A DNA stretch of 62,687 nucleotides from Eubacteriales bacterium (GTDB taxonomy: Bacteria > Bacillota > Clostridia > Oscillospirales > CAG-272): positions 1 to 62,687 of the forward strand of contig JAZSGX010000067.1 in the NCBI GenBank assembly GCA_045532975.1, read 5' to 3'. The translations under genes were made by a program, and so were the position numbers. Shown one piece after another: positions 1 to 7,915 of the stretch (position 1 is its first letter; each line of letters starts with the position of its first letter). The notes beneath the pieces are model-generated. The model made no database searches and was not told where the DNA came from. It saw nothing but the letters and a program-made list of their open reading frames with translations.

Positions 1-40
1 ATTCAGCTGACCGATACTAATAGACCGAAAGCTTGAACTA
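1..40 (+). rRNA. rrl: 23S rRNA, 3'-terminal fragment (gene continues upstream of the window)
   Basis: attcagctgaccgatactaatagaccgaaagcttgaac aligns with the conserved bacterial 23S 3' end (E. coli ...GAGCUAACCGGUACUAAUGAACCGUGAGGCUUAACC). The exact 3' end is approximate. Confidence 0.75.
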
Positions 41-164
41 CTTTGTATCGATTATCTCAATCAATACTTTGTTGAATACACTAAAACAAGCGTTCTCATT
101 CCTTTCTTTCTTGGGTTTTTAATGAGCATTTTGCTCAAAAGAAGCGCTTGCGGGCGATTCCGAT

Positions 165-240
165 GCACCTCTAGCTCAGTTGGTAGAGCAACTGACTCTT
201 AATCAGTGGGTCCGGAGTTCGAGTCTCCGGAGGTGCACCA
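165..240 (+). tRNA. tRNA-Lys (anticodon CTT), CCA encoded
   Basis: Full cloverleaf: acceptor GCACCTC/GAGGTGC, D stem GCTC/GAGC, anticodon stem ACTGA/TCAGT with loop CTCTTAA, T arm CGGAG-TTCGAGT-CTCCG, 3' CCA. Confidence 0.9.
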
Positions 241-334
241 TTTAGGTTACAATGGCTGTTAAACAAGACGGTCGTGGTAATAGATAAATTTCGCACAAAC
301 TAAGGCGAAATACGGTAGCGGAGCCACTCCGCAG

Positions 335-449
<115 letters not shown>

Positions 450-456
450 ACAAGTA

Positions 457-498
457 AACGCTTTTAGGAAGACAAATTCTTAAAAGCGTTTTGCTTTC
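457..498 (+). terminator. Hairpin plus T-tract between the two 5S genes
   Basis: AACGCTTTTAGGAA-gacaaa-TTCTTAAAAGCGTT (14 bp, one G.U) followed by TTGCTTTC. Confidence 0.5.
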
Positions 499-526
499 TA
501 ACAATTGAATAGGAAAAAGGAAAAAG

Positions 527-641
<115 letters not shown>

Positions 642-731
642 ATTTTTCCAATTCTATTTGATTGAAAATATCAGATTAGGGAATACTTAATCTGTTAAAT
701 ACGGAAAACGTGAATGCGTTATCCCCAATAT

Positions 732-807
732 TCCGAATTAGCTCAGTTGGCAGAGCACCTGACTGTTAATCAGGTTGTCGCTGGTTCGAGCCCAGCATTC
801 GGAGCCA
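732..807 (+). tRNA. tRNA-Asn (anticodon GTT), CCA encoded
   Basis: Acceptor TCCGAAT/ATTCGGA, D arm GCTC-AGTTGGCA-GAGC, anticodon stem CCTGA/TCAGG with loop CTGTTAA, T arm GCTGG-TTCGAGC-CCAGC, discriminator G, CCA. Confidence 0.92.
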
Positions 808-809
808 TA

Positions 810-850
810 AAAGAAAAGCACGAACTTAGTTCGTGCTTTTCTTTTATTAT
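810..850 (+). terminator. Rho-independent terminator after tRNA-Asn
   Basis: AGAAAAGCACGAA-cttag-TTCGTGCTTTTCT followed by TTTATTAT. Confidence 0.8.
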
Positions 851-929
851 GGTTCCAAATGCTGAGCTCTCACATAGCTCCATCTAATCACAGTTTGTGC
901 TCTCAAAAGCGAGCTACTCAGTTGGCAGG

Positions 930-1040
930 CGGACCGAGAAAAACAATTAAGTATTGTTTTTCGACGGGAGTTAACTAAAACAAGGAGTTTTGAAGCCGAG
1001 TGTATCGAGGCGCGCAAAACGAGTATGTTTTAGGAAGTTG
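930..1040 (+). repeat. Structured module, copy 1 (reference orientation)
   Basis: Contains hairpin AAAAACAAT-TAAGT-ATTGTTTTT (939-961), GAGTGTATCGAGGCG (998-1012) and GTATGTTTT (1023-1031). Collinear with 11762-11874. Boundaries approximate. Confidence 0.7.
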
Positions 1041-1045
1041 GTTTA

Positions 1046-1211
1046 GTTAATCAGGTTGTCGCTGGTTCACGCTTCGCGTCCACTCCAGTCGCATAGTCGA
1101 TTAACTTCGCTTCGATACGCTCAGCTTGTTACTCTTCTTGCTTTGTGGAGAGAACTGCGGCGAAAACAATTCTTAATTATTTTCGCTCTTGTTCCCCAGC
1201 ATTCGGAGCCA
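1046..1211 (+). pseudogene. tRNA-Asn 3' half (anticodon loop to CCA), interrupted in the T loop by a 126-nt module. No 5' acceptor strand.
   Basis: 1046-1068 matches tRNA-Asn 765-787 at 23 of 23 positions. 1195-1219 is identical to 792-816 (25 of 25; the tRNA 3' fragment itself ends at the CCA, 1211). The T-loop GAG is replaced by 1069-1194. A degenerate D-arm-like AGCTACTCAGTTGGCAGG lies at 912-929. Confidence 0.7.
1069..1194 (-). repeat. Structured module, copy 2 (inverted), inside the T loop of the tRNA-Asn remnant
   Basis: The reverse complement carries the same ordered blocks: hairpin 1160-1186 with a TTAAG-type loop, CGCTTCGATACGCTC (1108-1122, the reverse complement of GAGCGTATCGAAGCG), and the TTGTGGAGAGAA and CTCCAGTC blocks shared with copy 3. 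Confidence 0.65.
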
Positions 1212-1212
1212 T

Positions 1213-1250
1213 AAAAGAACCACACGAACCAAGTTCGTGTGGTTTCTTTT
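1213..1250 (+). terminator. Terminator hairpin after the duplicated tRNA-Asn 3' end
   Basis: AGAACCACACGAA-ccaag-TTCGTGTGGTTTCT plus TTTATTA. Relative to 810-850 the stem differs by paired, compensatory substitutions. Confidence 0.7.
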
Positions 1251-1385
1251 ATTACTCCGATTGTTATGGCGAAAATCTGCTCACGTCAGTGATTGCTGCG
1301 ACGGACGAAGTCCTAGTCCCTGAAAGGGGGTTCGAGCCTTAGAGCGCCATAACAACTGGGCGTCTCACCAGCGACCGCTGGTTCC

Positions 1386-1507
1386 ACCTACGGTGCCGCT
1401 CCAGTCATATGGTCGTTCTGTGTCGCAATCGCAGATCACTCCGAGAACTCCCTATTTTGTGGAGAGAATTTCGTTTAAAACGATACTTAATCGTTTTAAA
1501 CTTCATT
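1386..1507 (-). repeat. Structured module, copy 3 (inverted), inside a second tRNA-like T arm
   Basis: Flanked by CGCTGGTTC (1377-1385) and CCCCAGCAGTGGGAGCCA (1508-1525). Perfect hairpin GTTTAAAACGAT-ACTTA-ATCGTTTTAAAC (1473-1501). TTGTGGAGAGAA at 1457-1468 and CTCCAGTC at 1399-1406. Confidence 0.65.
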
Positions 1508-1691
1508 CCCCAGCAGTGGGAGCCAAAACAAAAAGGACACCAAAACCTATATTAGAAATACTCAAGTGCAATTCAAAAACTGCCTTTGAATACGGAATGC
1601 GATATCGTATAAAAAATTCTTAATGCTCGTAATAATACTCTAAAGCTACATAATAGCGGGGCTTTGGGCTTTGATTTAAGTGTATATAAAG

Positions 1692-1723
1692 AAAAGTGCA
1701 AGCCTCACTTTGACTTGCACTTT
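1692..1723 (-). terminator. Terminator downstream of the permease gene
   Basis: AAAAGTGCAAG...CTTGCACTTT hairpin with a T-rich tail on the minus strand. Confidence 0.6.
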
Positions 1724-1752
1724 ATAATATTTTCCTCCAAAAGATAACATAA

Positions 1753-2610
1753 TCAAAGGCTTACCAAGCACAGCCCCAATATGCCGATTAGTATACCAGT
1801 TAGCTTTTTTACAGTCATTTTTTCCTTAAACAAAAATATTGAGCCGAAACAGACTAAAATAATACCAAGACCGTTAAACAGTGGGAATAAAACCACAGAT
1901 GGCACTTTGCCGGCAAGAAGAGTCATTACTGTGCTGATAATACACAGAGATAATGCACTGCCAATAGCGAATGGATACATCGCCTTAGCCCTTGATTTCA
2001 ATTCAATGTGTGGCTTTGAAATGACTACTAAAATCAAAAATGCAACAACAAATGAGTAATAGTTATATGCACTTACGCTTTGGTCCTTAAAGTAGAGTGA
2101 CATCATTTTTTGTATAACCATAACAGCGCCACTGGTTAAGAAAATTATAATGCCGATTATAATTCCCAATAGCTCATATTTCTTTGCTTCACCCTTTGAA
2201 TCCTTTAATAGTACAATTGAACAAATAGCCAAAATTATACCAACTAGGGACACAAGGCTCAATTTTTCAGACCACAAGAAATGTCCCAATACGCAAGGAA
2301 CGATCATACCTGATGCGTGGCAAAGGGACATAAAAGCAACCGATGTTTTTTCATACCCTGTCATTATTAATGTTTTGCTGATTGCATACATAACACCACA
2401 TGCAATGCCGCAAGCAATTGCGCCCCAACCGAATTTGGGAGCATCATCTAAAATAACTAATGGGATAAAGAAAAAACTGCCGATAAGAAATTTAAACGCA
2501 TTATAAAATGCGTTCATTCGTACACCGTTTTTCGCTGATGCAAGCTTATCGCAAAACGCATTTGTTGCGTAAAGAGGCACACAAGCTAAAATTATAAGTA
2601 TTTCCTTCAT
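1753..2610 (-). CDS. DMT-superfamily (EamA/GRP-like) 10-TM permease
   Basis: 285 aa, hydrophobic throughout with about 10 predicted helices. Abuts the upstream hydrolase gene (2-nt gap). Confidence 0.55.
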   Translation of the reverse strand: MKEILIILACVPLYATNAFCDKLASAKNGVRMNAFYNAFKFLIGSFFFIPLVILDDAPKFGWGAIACGIACGVMYAISKTLIMTGYEKTSVAFMSLCHASGMIVPCVLGHFLWSEKLSLVSLVGIILAICSIVLLKDSKGEAKKYELLGIIIGIIIFLTSGAVMVIQKMMSLYFKDQSVSAYNYYSFVVAFLILVVISKPHIELKSRAKAMYPFAIGSALSLCIISTVMTLLAGKVPSVVLFPLFNGLGIILVCFGSIFLFKEKMTVKKLTGILIGILGLCLVSL

Positions 2611-2612
2611 AA

Positions 2613-3959
2613 TTAAATAGTTATAGTTAAATTGTTTTTCTTTTTGCTTGATAATGTAAATGTCTTGCTTATTGTTTTTTTGTCTTTTATGATTTCAATT
2701 TCATAATCACCGTAAAAGCCTCTGAAATTCACACAGCCCTCATCATTCAAGGTTAAATTAATCTCAGTGTGCCATTTCTTGTTGATTAAATTGTCAAGCA
2801 TAATGTAAGATGGCTTTGGTGTCATATCAAATCTTAATAAACCACCATAGTACACATTTTCACCCACTGTCATATTTCCTTGAGACCATCTTATAGCCTC
2901 AGGCGTAGGATTATCAACATAAGCATAGCCATCAACTAAATTCCAATATATAATTTGCTCCATTGATGGGTGTGAAAACCAAATAGTATATAAGCATTCA
3001 AGAATTTTAGCTTGAATTTCCTCGTCGGCTGGTTCATTGGAGTAAGCAGGAATGGTTATTTCTGTTACCTGCAAATGCTTTGACAAATTAGAATATAAAT
3101 TCATATGTTTGTAAAGGCATTTAGGATTGTAAAGATAGCTTGATTTGTTTATTTCGGACTCTCTGCTTTCAAACACGTGGAACTGTGCTCCAATGGCATC
3201 AATTCGAGCGCCCTTTAGCATATTTGCTTCGGTGTATGCGTAATAGCTATCGGTTGAACGGCAGTTTTCACCCCAAAATGCATCGGTATGTTCGTTTATA
3301 ACCAGCTGATTATTAGGAAAATACTTTTCAGCTAGCTTAAAGCACCATTCTATGTAATCATTTTCGTCATAAAATTCAGTGACCCTATGATTCCAAAGCA
3401 TTTCGTTAGTTACTTCAATAGTCGGGATTTTATCTGCATATCTATGTGCAATTTCCTTATATCTATTTTCAAGTGCTTCCTTAATTTCGTCAATCGTTGC
3501 ATTAGATAGCCATTTGGGGAAGTGATGCTCGTATGCAAGAGCGTGCTCTCTTGGTTCAATTCCGTTTTCCTCGCAGTATTCCATACACAAATCAATGGCG
3601 GGACGTCGATAATATTTTTCTGAATTTTTATCATATCTCAGCTTGCCCCTTTCAGGCTCAACGGAGCTCCAATAAAAGGGCAGAGTAGCCATATTGAAAA
3701 TATTTTTAAAATAATCCCTATAAAGTAGGTTTTTTTCATTGGTTTCAAGCTCATCAAGTAAAAACAGATTAGCGCCAAATTTAAATTCGTGCTTAATTTG
3801 GTTAATCTTAATTTTTGCATTGGGTACAGCATTTCCGTTTTCATCAATTACGGAAATTGTCATATCGCCCTTGCGATATTTTTCTATATTTTCGCTTACT
3901 GTGCATTCGAAAAATTCCTTATTGCTTTCAAAGTGTTCAAGCACCTTATATCTATCCAT
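2613..3959 (-). CDS. Glycoside hydrolase, GH10-like (beta/alpha)8 fold, no signal peptide
   Basis: 448 aa. Candidate acid/base motif VTNEM and nucleophile motif VTEITIP. AAGGAG RBS. Confidence 0.55.
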   Translation of the reverse strand: MDRYKVLEHFESNKEFFECTVSENIEKYRKGDMTISVIDENGNAVPNAKIKINQIKHEFKFGANLFLLDELETNEKNLLYRDYFKNIFNMATLPFYWSSVEPERGKLRYDKNSEKYYRRPAIDLCMEYCEENGIEPREHALAYEHHFPKWLSNATIDEIKEALENRYKEIAHRYADKIPTIEVTNEMLWNHRVTEFYDENDYIEWCFKLAEKYFPNNQLVINEHTDAFWGENCRSTDSYYAYTEANMLKGARIDAIGAQFHVFESRESEINKSSYLYNPKCLYKHMNLYSNLSKHLQVTEITIPAYSNEPADEEIQAKILECLYTIWFSHPSMEQIIYWNLVDGYAYVDNPTPEAIRWSQGNMTVGENVYYGGLLRFDMTPKPSYIMLDNLINKKWHTEINLTLNDEGCVNFRGFYGDYEIEIIKDKKTISKTFTLSSKKKNNLTITI

Positions 3960-3971
3960 ATTTTCTCCTTT

Positions 3972-4748
3972 TTAAGCATGTTGATTTTTATATTTTTTAA
4001 TGTATTCTGTGGGGGACACGCCAATTTGTTCCTTGAATTGCCTGCTGAAAAAGTAAATGTCGGAAAAATTACACATCTCGGCAATTTGATTAACGGAATA
4101 TCTTCGCACCGATAACAGCTCGCAGGCATAATTCATTTTCTTTTGAATTATGTATTTTTTAACCGAAACCCCAAACTTTTTCTTGAATAACCGTTTTAGA
4201 CACGATTCGCTTATTTCGCAAACGGATGCTAGATATTCGTTTGTCAAGCTCTTATCCAAAAAGCCCTGCTCAATTTCCTCAATTGCAGGAAGAATTTTTA
4301 CGTATTGCTCCGTGGGCAAATAATTGTTTTTTTGAAGGCTTGAGAGAATTTTATAAAGCAGGGACATGCTTTCGAAGTAATACCCTTCGCCTTTATTGTT
4401 CCAAACGGAAAACAGCTTTTTGAAAAGAGATCCTATATATTCGTTGCTTTTGGAGTGTACAGTAAAGGCAACACTCGATATTGGCTTGTCGGATTCAAAG
4501 AAAACATCTATACATTCACCTAATTTTGAACGCTCAATTTCATATTTGGAAACAGTTCCGCGGGGTAAAAAGCGCACGGTGCTTGGTGACACCTTCAAGA
4601 CCGTGTCGCCAAAATATACAGTATATTCACCTGAAAAGTCAAAAATCAATTCATTAGCCGGAAGCAAGCTTGCGTAGCTCTCGACACTTTTTTGCTTTCT
4701 GAATAATACAACCTTTTCAATTTTAGTAATAAGAAAATTATTTTCCAT
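3972..4748 (-). CDS. AraC-family transcriptional regulator
   Basis: C-terminal AraC HTH (IAEMCNFSDIYFFSRQFKEQIGVSPTEY). Start moved to MENNFLIT, which has a GGGAGGA RBS. The ORF track begins at 4793. Confidence 0.8.
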   Translation of the reverse strand: MENNFLITKIEKVVLFRKQKSVESYASLLPANELIFDFSGEYTVYFGDTVLKVSPSTVRFLPRGTVSKYEIERSKLGECIDVFFESDKPISSVAFTVHSKSNEYIGSLFKKLFSVWNNKGEGYYFESMSLLYKILSSLQKNNYLPTEQYVKILPAIEEIEQGFLDKSLTNEYLASVCEISESCLKRLFKKKFGVSVKKYIIQKKMNYACELLSVRRYSVNQIAEMCNFSDIYFFSRQFKEQIGVSPTEYIKKYKNQHA

Positions 4749-4906
4749 ATAATCCTCCCTGAAAATTATAAGTCTCTTTTTTGGTAAATTCAATACAATT
4801 GAATTATATCATATAAATTGATGTAAAAAAAGTACAAATTGACCTGAAAATAAAAAGAGTAAAGCTGATTTTTTGGAAGTGTTAATTCGGTAAAAATAAA
4901 AAACAC

Positions 4907-4937
4907 TTGACTTTGACCCGAGGTTAGAGTTTATAAT
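4907..4937 (+). promoter_or_regulatory. MerR-type promoter with 19-bp spacer (copy 1)
   Basis: TTGACT, 19 nt (ttgacccgaggttagagtt), TATAAT. The spacer holds an imperfect palindrome ACTTTG-ACC-CGAGGT. Near-identical to 7916-7946. Confidence 0.7.
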
Positions 4938-4960
4938 ATTTATATAAGGGGGTGATTGTT

Positions 4961-6682
4961 TTGAAAATCAACGATGTTGAAAAAATAACGGGTCTGACAA
5001 GCAAAGCAATCCGTTTATATGAAAGCAAGGGACTAATTAACATTTCAAGAGAGGAAAACGGTTATCGTAATTATAGTGAGAGTGACGTTGAAGCCTTAAA
5101 GGAAATAAAGCTTTTTAGAAGAATTGGCATAGCTATATCCGATATTAAGCTGTATCTGTTTGGGGTAGTTAGCTTAGAGGAGCTAATAGAAAAAAGAAAG
5201 GCTGAAATTCTAAAGGAAAGCGGCAAAAATTCTGAAATATATGGCATTTGCGAAAGCATTTCTGCAAAAAGCTCATTGGAAGCTCTTGAAAATAATGAAA
5301 GCTTTACCGAAAACGAAAAAGCAAGAAACGGTGGTTATGGCACACCCTGTGTGGGCATAGACATCGGCACAACAACTATAAGCGCCCTTGTGTACGATAT
5401 TGATAATAAGGAGCAAATAGAAGCCTATACCCTGCCACACAACTCATACACCCAAAGGGGAGCATTTTCGGAGCAGGACGTGTCGATAATTATGGAAAAA
5501 GCAAAAAAGCTTTTGTACCATATTCTTTCAACCTATGAGAATATAGTAAGCATTGGCATAACAGGTCAAATGCACGGAATTGTGTATATAGATGAAAACG
5601 GACAGGCAGTATCTAACCTTATAAATTGGCAGGACAAGCGCGCAGACCAAGTAATAAGGGACGAAAAAACAACCTGTGATTTAATTTACGATGTAACAGG
5701 TGAGCGTATTTCAACAGGCTATGGTATTGCAACCCATTATTACAATATGCTAAATGGACTTGTGCCAAGGGGCGCTTGCGGCATTTGTACAATAATGGAT
5801 TTGTTTGCTATGGAAATATGCGGTAACAAAAAAGTTATAACTCACACATCTCTTGGCGGTAGCCTTGGTATGCTTGATGTAAAAAATAGTAGCTTTAAAT
5901 ATGATAAGCTAGCCATTCTTGGCATAGATAAGGAGCTTTTACCACAGGTAAGTGATAAGAGCCTAATTATAGGTAAATGCAAGGGTATACCGGTAGCTAT
6001 TCCAATAGGGGACAACCAAGCAAGCTTTTTAGGCTCGGTTAGTAAAAATGAGGACAGTATGCTTGTAAATATAGGCACAGGGTCCCAAATCTCCTATGCA
6101 ACCGATGAATATCAAGAGGTAGATAAGGAGCTGGAATTACGTCCACTCATTGAGGGTAAATACTTAGTTTGTGGCTCAGCCCTTTGTGGTGGCTTTGCCT
6201 ATTCAATGGTTGAGGAGTTTTTTAGAAGCTATACGGTAAGCGCAGGGGTACAGGAAAAATCTCAATATAGCGTAATAAATCAGTTAGCCAAGCAAGCCTA
6301 TGAAAATGGAGAAGAGGGTCTTTTAGTGGATGCCTTTTTCTGTGGAAAGCGTAGCGACCCTAACCTAAGAGGCTCTATTAAAAATATAGATAGACACAGC
6401 TTTACTCCGCAAGCCCTTGTTTTAGGAGTGCTTAAGGGAATGTGTAATGAGCTATATGAGCTTTATGAAAAGGTCCCTTGCAAAAAATCGCACATAGTTG
6501 CATCCGGTGGAGCTATTAAGAGAACAGAAATTCTAAAGGACATAATAGCTAAGCGCTTTGGAGCAACTGTTTCAGCTAATAGAGTTGACGAAGAATCATC
6601 AACAGGTGCTGCCCTTTTCTCAGCATTAGCAGTTGGAAAAATCAAGTATAATAATGGCTTTTCAGAGTATGTAGGAGGGTAA
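4961..6682 (+). CDS. MerR-family HTH fused to an FGGY/ASKHA carbohydrate-kinase-like domain
   Basis: N-terminus KINDVEKITGLTSKAIRLYESKGLI...YRNYSESDV plus a coiled coil. The remainder has GIDIGTTTISA and FGGY-like N and C lobes. A TTG start at 4961 follows AAGGGGG. The track's GTG at 4952 is an alternative. Confidence 0.75.
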   Translation: MKINDVEKITGLTSKAIRLYESKGLINISREENGYRNYSESDVEALKEIKLFRRIGIAISDIKLYLFGVVSLEELIEKRKAEILKESGKNSEIYGICESISAKSSLEALENNESFTENEKARNGGYGTPCVGIDIGTTTISALVYDIDNKEQIEAYTLPHNSYTQRGAFSEQDVSIIMEKAKKLLYHILSTYENIVSIGITGQMHGIVYIDENGQAVSNLINWQDKRADQVIRDEKTTCDLIYDVTGERISTGYGIATHYYNMLNGLVPRGACGICTIMDLFAMEICGNKKVITHTSLGGSLGMLDVKNSSFKYDKLAILGIDKELLPQVSDKSLIIGKCKGIPVAIPIGDNQASFLGSVSKNEDSMLVNIGTGSQISYATDEYQEVDKELELRPLIEGKYLVCGSALCGGFAYSMVEEFFRSYTVSAGVQEKSQYSVINQLAKQAYENGEEGLLVDAFFCGKRSDPNLRGSIKNIDRHSFTPQALVLGVLKGMCNELYELYEKVPCKKSHIVASGGAIKRTEILKDIIAKRFGATVSANRVDEESSTGAALFSALAVGKIKYNNGFSEYVGG

Positions 6683-6683
6683 T

Positions 6684-7886
6684 ATGAAGGACTTTACAAT
6701 AGCCTTTGAAATTGCAAAAAATCCAATTTATGCCGTATCCTTTAAGAACGGAAGAAAAACACTTGAAGTACAAGCCTTTAACGGTATCCTTACCATATCA
6801 TCACAATATGATTTTAATATGCGTCCTCTCGAATTAACCTGCGAAGTAAAAGAAGGGGATAAAATTAAGGCTGTATTCCTTGATTACAGAATAGAGCTAT
6901 ATGTAAATGGCACCATAATGGACGAGGAGTGGCCCTGTGGCACAAGGCTTTTTGAAATTGGTGATACAATTGTAGGTAGCATAGATATACAGGCTAATGA
7001 ATATGGAGCAAATGAAAAGGAAGAGCCAAGCGTAATTGGCACCTTTGAAAATGCACAAGGCTGGTATCCCGGAAACGGAGTGTTTGTAGGGGATTGTATG
7101 CCTTATGTAAGAAATGGCGAATACCACGTTTTGTATCTAAAGGATAGACACCATCATAAAAGCAAATGGGGAATGGGCGCACATCAATGGGAGCATATAT
7201 CAACTAAGGACTTTAAAAAATGGAGCATACACCCAATGGCGGTGCCTATTACCAAAAAGGAAGAATGCTCTATATGTACAGGCTCTTGGATACAAAAAGG
7301 GAATGAAGAGCATTTATATTACACCGTAAGACGGAGTGGCTTGCCTGCAATAATTACAAGAAGTATATCCTATGATGGCTATCATTTTAAAAAGGACGAG
7401 TTCTTTGGCTTTACCATATCGGAAAAATATAACGGACCCGTTGCAAGAGATCCCAAGGTAATAATGGGCGAGGACGGATTATATCATATGTTTTTGACAA
7501 CCGTGCTTGTCAAAGAAAATAAGGGCTGTCTTGTTCACTATGTATCAAAGGACTTAGAAAAGTGGGAAGAGGCAGAAAAAACCATACACGTGGTTGAAAA
7601 TAGCGACCATCCGGAGTGCCCCGACTACTTTAAGTACAATGGAAAATATTATCTTGTATTTAGTATTCGTGGCAGAGCCAAATACTTAGTGTCAGATAAG
7701 CCCTTTGATGGCTTTGTGTCCGTAACCGAGGAGCTAATCCCCTGTGCAGGTGTGCCAAAATGCGCCCAGTGGAACGGAAAGCTTATATTTACAGGCTTTG
7801 AGGCAATAAACGGATATGCAGGCTCAATGACCTTTAAATGCGCTACCGCCAAGGAAAACGGAGAGCTTATATTTGAGGACCTTTAA
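6684..7886 (+). CDS. GH32-family-like beta-propeller hydrolase (beta-fructosidase-like) with extra N-terminal domain
   Basis: RDPKV and ECPDYF motifs. GDCMPYVRNGEYHVLYL aligns with the WMNDPNG...G.YH.FY block. No signal peptide. Confidence 0.6.
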   Translation: MKDFTIAFEIAKNPIYAVSFKNGRKTLEVQAFNGILTISSQYDFNMRPLELTCEVKEGDKIKAVFLDYRIELYVNGTIMDEEWPCGTRLFEIGDTIVGSIDIQANEYGANEKEEPSVIGTFENAQGWYPGNGVFVGDCMPYVRNGEYHVLYLKDRHHHKSKWGMGAHQWEHISTKDFKKWSIHPMAVPITKKEECSICTGSWIQKGNEEHLYYTVRRSGLPAIITRSISYDGYHFKKDEFFGFTISEKYNGPVARDPKVIMGEDGLYHMFLTTVLVKENKGCLVHYVSKDLEKWEEAEKTIHVVENSDHPECPDYFKYNGKYYLVFSIRGRAKYLVSDKPFDGFVSVTEELIPCAGVPKCAQWNGKLIFTGFEAINGYAGSMTFKCATAKENGELIFEDL

Positions 7887-7915
7887 TAAAAATTCAAAAA
7901 AATTTTGAAAAACAC

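Noticed and set aside
990-1045. GAGTGTATCGAGGCG...GAGTATG considered as a group II intron domain V, and ACTTCCTAAAACATA (minus strand, about 1022-1038) considered as a Firmicutes dif/Xer site
   Set aside because: I could not draw a 34-nt domain-V helix with the AGC triad, bulge and GNRA loop. The dif resemblance covers only the first 9 nt or so of one arm. Both look coincidental.
1145-1623. Track ORFs 1145-1342 (65 aa) and 1393-1623 (76 aa)
   Set aside because: They run through the tRNA-like fragments, the terminator hairpin and the repeat modules. They have no RBS and no protein-like composition, so I treat the region as non-coding.
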